Below, piece after piece: positions 57,497 through 64,000 of a stretch of DNA of 64,000 nt. The notes beneath the pieces were generated by a model. It was given only the letters and a program-made list of their open reading frames with translations, searched no databases and was not told where the DNA came from. Source of the DNA: Marsupella aquatica (taxonomy: Eukaryota; Plantae; Marchantiophyta); contig OZ316897.1 of the NCBI GenBank assembly GCA_973895155.1, forward strand, positions 5,531,327-5,595,326, read 5' to 3'. The position numbers and the translations under genes were made by a program. Numbering within the stretch: position 1 is the first letter of the stretch; every line of letters starts with the position of its first letter.

Positions 57497-59069
57497 GTTT
57501 GGACAAAGGGGAGTGCGAGCCATGGGTACTCAACCCGGGCTCGCAACCACTTACCCGCAAGTTGAACCCGGTGCACGACTTGGGTAGTGCGTTCGGCCAA
57601 GCGTTGGCACCTATACACAAGATTCACACATATACATACGCACAAGCATACAATCTCAATTTACATGAAGGAAATAATGGGAAAGGATTTTACTACATAG
57701 GAGACATATGCGTACACTTAGTTGACCCGAAAGCTCTAGAATGAACAGGTCCGAGGCTGCGGGTGTACACAACAGAGCCCGGCTCTGCACTCACCCAGCG
57801 AGCTTAGTCCTACACCCTCCCCTTGGTACTCTTTCACTCCCAGAGGTTGGGACTCCCCGCACATACCGCGGATGTCCAACACTGAGACTAAAAATCCCCT
57901 TATCTCTACCGAGGGGTGCACTAAATACTAAGGGCCGAGGAATGGAGTGCCCTTGCGCCCGAAGATTCGCTAACTAAGGTCCTAACTGAGCTGGCTGTCA
58001 GGCCGTAAAACGGCTTGTCTTATTAGAAGATCCTAATCTATGCAGGTTGTACAGCATGGCAGTGCTACTTTAACTAGGGCAGGTGCTTGTCCCTATAGCC
58101 TAATTTAGGTACTCCTAACTCTATTTTAATTGTACTCCGCCGCTAATGCCTGGCACGTTGCCAGAGCCGCCTGAGTGGGAGCGGCTATCCCGCTGCCTTT
58201 TGAGCCTATCGGCGTCCTGCTTGAGTAGCTGGACCTGGTCTAGCAGAGATTTGTTCTCCCGCTTCACCGCGTCTGCCTCTTCCGTGGCCTCCTGGCATGC
58301 CTCCTCCAGTTGCTGGGTGTCACTTGTCAGCTTATCCACCAACTGGGCCTATTTTGTGACTTCTCCTTGAAGCCGCGCCATCTCTGCCTTCAGGGTGTCA
58401 ATCTTGACTGTGTCCCATTGAGACCTGGAGTCAGCTTCCTCCAGATCCTTTTGCCAACTGACGGCTTGCCCCTTCAAACCATCAATCTTGGTTCGGAGCC
58501 GCACAATCTCGGCGTCCTTTCCGAGCCCGGCTTGTACTACTAACGCTGCTTGGGCCCTAGCCTTGGCAACCTGGTCCTCCGTGGCCGTTACCAGAGGCCA
58601 TAGTTGCTAGAGTTCAGCCTCCAGGGTTGCCACTTTGTCCTTCAGGTAGGCAGACTCAACCCGATATTGCTCTATTCTTTGCGCTGTCTCTGCCTGCGCA
58701 TGTCCTGCCCTTACAGCCGCAACCAACTCCTGGTTGAAGAAGTAGGCCACCCTCCGGGCCATGTATTCCCTGGTGTCCCGAGAGATCTGTTGCGAGAAAT
58801 CTCCCAACAACCCGTTCAGAAATGTGCCCGACGCAAAGAGTTCCGGATGGTCTAGATTGTGTCCATCTGGATTCGGGCACGGGCAGACTCCAACCCGTGC
58901 GGGAGTGGGAGTGGACATATCCAGCCCTTGAGGTAAGTCGGTCGAAGGGGCTGGTTCCACTGGAGGCGAGCGGTTCTCCTGCACGACCGCAGGGGGTGGC
59001 GGAATCCCTTCGGCTATCGTGGCATCTGCTTTGGGTATGGCTTCATCCAGCCCGGTTTTGATTGCATTG

Positions 59070-60545
59070 AGTCGCAGAACTCGACTACCTTAACACTTAG
59101 CTCCGGCGTCACTGACTTCGACGCCGAGCTCCCTTATGGTCCAGGCCCGGATAGGCCATCCAAGGAGGACTTAGCATGGGGAGACTTGTGGGCAATGAGA
59201 CGTGGCACTAGCGAGGCATGGGGCCAAGCTGGAGACACAGACTAAGGACTTGGACTAGCCTATGGCTGGTTGGGTCAAGGGGAAATGGGCCGGGCTCAAG
59301 GGTGGTCGTACGGACCATCGGATGGGCTTTGAGTTCTGAGGGCATGGGAGTGAGCTCCTCTTGGGCCCAAGGCCAATGGAGTTGATCCCATTGGCAACGG
59401 ACGCTTGGGGCGCAAGTTGTGGCCCGAGCTGGGTTGGGCCGGTCAGGGGCCCCGAGCGGCGATCAGACCTGAGGGCCTAGGCATGAGCACTGGGTCGACC
59501 CGGTCACAACGGGCTAAGGCACTCCGCTTGCGGATGCCTATCAAGAAAGTTATGGGCGTTGCCAATTGGTGGCGCGCCCATTATGCGCGATGGGATCCGG
59601 GTTGGGGGCCAAATGTTTAGGGACCAAAGCTGGTCCGGGGGCGACAAGTCTCCAGAAGCATATATGAGGGGAGTGGTGTCTCCCTGGGGGCTAAGGGCGA
59701 GCCGAAGTCGTGAGCCGCGGCGGTCGCGACACTAAGGGAAACCGCCAAACAGAAATGACGATATCTTCCCAACGGGAAGTCCATTGGAGGACTTCTTAGG
59801 TGCGTTGGAAAGCCCTTGAGGAGCTCAGATGGGTCTGGGGGTGCCATTGATGCTCGTGGTTTGCGGGTGTTAGCTCACCCGTTTGCCAAATCCTGCCGAA
59901 CAGCAGCCAAGCCGCGTTCAGCCTCCCAAGGGAGCTTGCGTTGGGGAGGCAAGGCCAAGTAGGTATGGAGGCTGAGTCCCAAGGGTGCTCGGTCCCTAGA
60001 CCATCAATGGGGCAAACCGGGAGTTGGTGTTAGAGTCGGGGCCGTTCTGGTCCGACGGGTTGAGACAAGCTTGGGACAAGCTTTAGGACAAGCTACGCTA
60101 ATTGGGCCATGAGCATGTCCTGAGGTCAGGGCGGTCAGTTGGTGATGGATAGGTATGAGGGGGATCCTTGGCCGCGCCCAAGGAAGGAGCTGTCCTGGAT
60201 GGACAGTGGGCGTGGGTTCTGGTTCCGGCTTATGGCATCGGGAGGACCTATCACTGACCTATTTACCAACGTCTGTTGAGCTTGAGTTAGGATGCTAGAC
60301 TTGACGAGTTCTAGATCCAAAGGGGTTACTTACCAAGGTGCTTGGTTGTTTGTGCAGACAATGAGGACCGTTGAGTAGCGGTCGTGTAGGTGAGCAAGTG
60401 CGGCTTCGTATGGGAGTGGCCGCTGGTGGTGCTAGGGGCACTTGGACGCTTGCTCGAGGTATTCCGTGGAGGCGTTCGGGCACCAAGGGCACTTAGGCAC
60501 AAGTGTTGGGATTGGTGAGGGCGTTGGGTGGCAAGGTCCACCACT
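59070..60545. mobile_element. Second copy of the AGT...ACT element (1476 bp), inverted relative to 10324-11789
   Basis: TSD CATTG (59065-59069, 60546-60550); end-to-end homology. Confidence 0.87.
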
Positions 60546-61303
60546 CATTGTCCCGATTGATTGCATCTAAGGTCGCAATAATGTCAATGGGTATGCTTGG
60601 CGGGGCGGCAGCAGCGGGTTGTGGGGCCGGGGTAGCAGGGCTTGCAGCTGCCAGACTTCGCGGTCGCCTCACCTGGGCTAGGAAAACCCATTTTGGCGGG
60701 GTCAGCTCGGGCTCGTTGAGACGCAGAAGGCTTCGGCGGTCAAAATGAACGTACCACTCGATGATGATTTTGATGTGGCTAGCAAAGTATGCCCTTCCGC
60801 CAAGGTACAAAGTCTTCCTTCTCCGCTCCATCTCCTCGTGGAACTTCTTGACGAAGAAGGACGCCTTCCTGGGCTGATAGTTCTCCACCTGGATGACCTG
60901 AGCGGCCGATATTTCTCCTCTGGGTTCCATCATGTGGAGGGCATACCGATGGAACTCCAGCATTCTGCAACCTCCTGGATGAGGCACATCCTCATTAAGA
61001 ACCCATTGTCCACTACCCCCTTGGCTGGGAAGCTAGATGACTGGTATTTAGCTCCCTTGCCCCCAGGAGCCCATGATTCTACCCGGTTTATCCCCTTGGG
61101 TAAGCCAGAAATCATCTTCAGACGTGCCTCCTTGAGACACATCACTCTCCCATGCGCTCGGGTTTGTTGACGGGCCTCGTCGAAGTTCTGAATGAACTTC
61201 GTCATATCCTGCCCGTAGTACCTGCTTCCGTTCCAAGGGAGAGAGGCGAGGTGCTCAAACCCTTGGGTCTTCAGATAGCATGCATGCTTGGGGTGGAGGA
61301 TGT

Positions 61304-63663
61304 TGGTAATGGTAATGGTAATGTATTATAAGCTCCGGGACCATGAAAGTCAAAGGAGCTGCCACAAAAAGTACAATGCAATCAAAGAAAAGAGCAACCA
61401 AAAGAGATTGCTTAGAAGAGGACAACTATGTCCTCAAAGAAACTATGGACCTAGAGAGCCCTATGGACCTAGAGAGCCCTGAAAGATTTTCCAAACCTAT
61501 TCTCCTTTCCCTATCCACCGCAAAGATATATCTTCCAAGTTGCTGAGGGGGCAGACCAAACAATGCATACAAATCTTTCACCAAGATTTGAGATGCCATC
61601 CTAACCCCCTCATAAAACTTGCAAGCAATGAATACATGATATTCATTCTCTATACTAGAGCTATCACATAGTTGACAAACCCTCTTTTTCCTGTCAATAT
61701 CCTTCCATCTCCCTTGTTCTACTTCAAGGTGGTGTGAGCTTAGTCTATACTGAGCAATAAGTTGTCTAAGTTGTACTGAGATAGTGCTAGATAAGTATTC
61801 TTGTTCTCGATATTTCTTCATGGGGTTCACATCTCTCATGTAGTATTGCTGCCGTGGGCTAGGTTCATGCCAAAGTTTGTGCAAAGCCTTTTGCTCAAGT
61901 TTTGCTCTTAGCTTGGTTGGGTGTGTTGGCCATTCATGTTCAGGAAAATCCCAAGCATGGGCCCACCTGCACACATCTGCATACCACCCTTTAGCTGAAG
62001 ATGAGCGCAAGGCATGAAAAGGAAATCTGTTTTCCTCCAACTCTCTTACACGCATGATGTATTTGAGTGTGTGGAAGAGTGCCTCCACCTCCAAAGGAAA
62101 CAAGCCTGCCTCTGCAAGTGTAAGTGCATATGGGGTTTGTGACTTGATCCCAAGCTCCATCTCAAGAAATAGCTTTTGCAGCCCCTCAATCTGTTGTCAC
62201 CCAGATTTAGACACACCTGCTCCCCAAATTGGTGCTCCATAAAGAATGACTGGTTTCACCAAAGCTCCAAAGAGATGTTTCCTTAACCTCCAAGTGTGTA
62301 GACCAGCTCTTTTGCATTTGTTCATGAATGCATAAAAAGCTCTGTACCCATTGGCAACCCTAGATTTTACACATGAGGCCCAACTCAAGTTTTGAGAGAA
62401 CTCCACCCCAAGGTATTTGTAGGTCCTCACAAATTCCACCAGATTCCCTTGGAAGTAGAGCTCTGGATTTTGTCGTGTGCCAATGCCCAAACACTTGGTC
62501 TTCTTGAGGTTGACTACCATCCCTGTTGCTTGACAAAACTCCTCCAAGGCATTGAGATGTCTTTGCAAAGCTTCTTGAGCATGAGCAAGTAGGACCACAT
62601 CATCTGCAAATATAAGAAGTTGGAGGACAAACCTACCCAATTGAGTGCCAACTCCACCATGCTCCTCCAAAATGTTGTGTAGCTGATCAATGAAGATGCC
62701 AAAGAGAGTTGGTGAGAGAGGACAACCTTGGATCACCCCAAGAGTGCTCCAGATTTCTTCAGAGGTTTCCTTTGAAAGTTTGATGCGCACTTCTTGGTAC
62801 AATTTAGAAACAGCCAACCTGAGCTCTTCAGGCACTTCCAACTCCACCATCCTATCCCAAAGCTTGGATCGGGAAACTTTGTCAAAGGCCTTGGAGAAGT
62901 CCACAAACAAGCAAAATAATGGTTTATGTGAAGATTTGGCCTTTTCACACAACACCCTCAAGCAGAGAATGTGATCCATAGTGCTGAATTCTCTCCTAAA
63001 ACCTGCTTGTGAAGGTGCCCTTTTCATCTCACTCTCCAACCAAGAGCTTAATCTGGTTTCAAGTAGTCCTCCCAAAACTGTAGCAAAAGTATTGCCTACC
63101 ATGATGGTTCTGTAGTTGTGCACATCGTCCTTGTTGCCTGCCTTGAAGATAGGCACCACTCTTCTGGTCATCCAAGCTTTAGGTAAACCTAAAGCCATTG
63201 CTTGATTCAGCTCATGCACCAAGTTTGTTAGTAAAGAGGGTCCTCCCCACAAAAGAAGCTCCAAGTTCAGGCCCAACAGATCTTTAGCTTTCCCATGTTG
63301 CATGTGGGAAAGATGCACCTTCACCTCCCTCTCTGTAAACTGAATGGTGTCCCCAAGGGGCAAAGGCATGCCACTAGCATCTGGAAAGAAATACAAGGAT
63401 GTGACATAGGTTACCAGGTCCTGGTGATCCAAGGGGGGAGTAGTCTTGCCTGATTGCATTCTCACCCAAAAACGTTTTGGATGTTTGATGAACTCCTCAC
63501 ATAGTGATTGTTGATGACTCTTCAAGAAGCACCTCTTCTTGTGTTTGATGAAGTTCTTGTACATAGTGAATGCCAAAAGTCTCTTTTCCCCTGGATGTGA
63601 TCTTGCTTGCATCCTTGCTCTAGCACAATCCTCGTCAAACCAAGCCTTCATGTTTTGCTTTCT
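61304..63663 (-). mobile_element. LINE copy F, 5'-truncated, nonsense codon at 62197
   Basis: Tail at ~61305; TSD ATGTTG (61300-61305, 63669-63674) with 5-nt filler. Confidence 0.93.
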
Positions 63664-64000
63664 TGTGAATGTTGTCCCCCATGCGATGCATGCTCAGCTT
63701 GGCTACCGCAAACGTGGCCAAAGGCAACCCGGATACGGTTGCGGGCTCCTTCCTTTTCCTACCCCGAGACTGATTCCTGGGGTGACTAGAAGAGGGGGAT
63801 ATCTCTCCATCCTCTCGGTCTGGTGGTGGTAGCGCAACTGCCGTGAATATTGGTGCCAAGGCCGCTAGAGTTACCGTGTTATCCCCTCGGGCTTGCTGGA
63901 GTGGTGCTGAGTTGTTCGGCGCTTGTTGAGTCGTACCCCGCGGCCGTCAATTCAGAGGAGGGTGAGCCTCCTCATCTTTGGAGCTAATATTCACCGCATT

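Larger units (their letters stand above)
52431..57514 (-). mobile_element. Full-length intact LINE copy E (intron-retaining 5'UTR)
   Basis: Monomers 56659-57496, both ORFs open, (TTACCA)n tail; no TSD visible. Confidence 0.95.
52166..64000 (-). repeat. G1 5' LTR (>2.9 kb net, runs off window), interrupted by LINE E, the AGT element and LINE F
   Basis: TGTCACG terminus next to the PBS; shares motifs and layout with 44013-48663. Confidence 0.68.
58121..64000 (-). pseudogene. Disrupted homolog of the 1121-aa LTR-borne protein
   Basis: Reconstructed MGDNI|LHPKHACYLKTQGFEHLASLPW..DMTKFIQNF..TRAHGR..ISGLPKG; coiled-coil fragments 58121-58984. Confidence 0.78.

Noticed and set aside
262-63832. Recurrent 60-95 aa overlapping or antisense ORFs in LINE copies and monomers
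   Set aside because: They recur only because copies are near-identical; no independent coding evidence.

Overview
Gene-free, nested transposon territory from a eukaryote, most likely a land plant and probably a seed-free one. No host gene, rRNA, tRNA or CRISPR array was found. About 27 kb (roughly 40%, hand-summed) belongs to 12 near-identical pieces of one young LINE family. This LINE is RTE-X-like, with a 5'UTR of 181-bp monomers, ORF1, an APE-RT-CCHC ORF2 and a (TTACCA)n tail; two copies are full-length and intact (32107-37086 +, 52431-57514 -). The LINEs sit in a stack of older elements: a degenerate MULE transposase, two nested minus-strand Ty3/Gypsy elements (G1, G2), a Bianca-type Copia, two TG..CA solo LTRs, two copies of a 1.47-kb AGT..ACT element and a MITE. 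Main observations: (1) the LINE has a 78-nt GT-AG intron in its 5'UTR, retained in one copy and precisely spliced out in two others; (2) a Gypsy-type LTR group carries a long protein-coding gene inside the LTR, intact in a 4.65-kb solo LTR (1121 aa) and reconstructable as a homolog in the G1 LTR; (3) LINE ORF1 and ORF2 are in frame and separated by a single UGA; (4) LINE density, self-insertion and nucleosome-sized monomers suggest a centromeric or pericentromeric niche. All calls come from manual reading; no searches were run.
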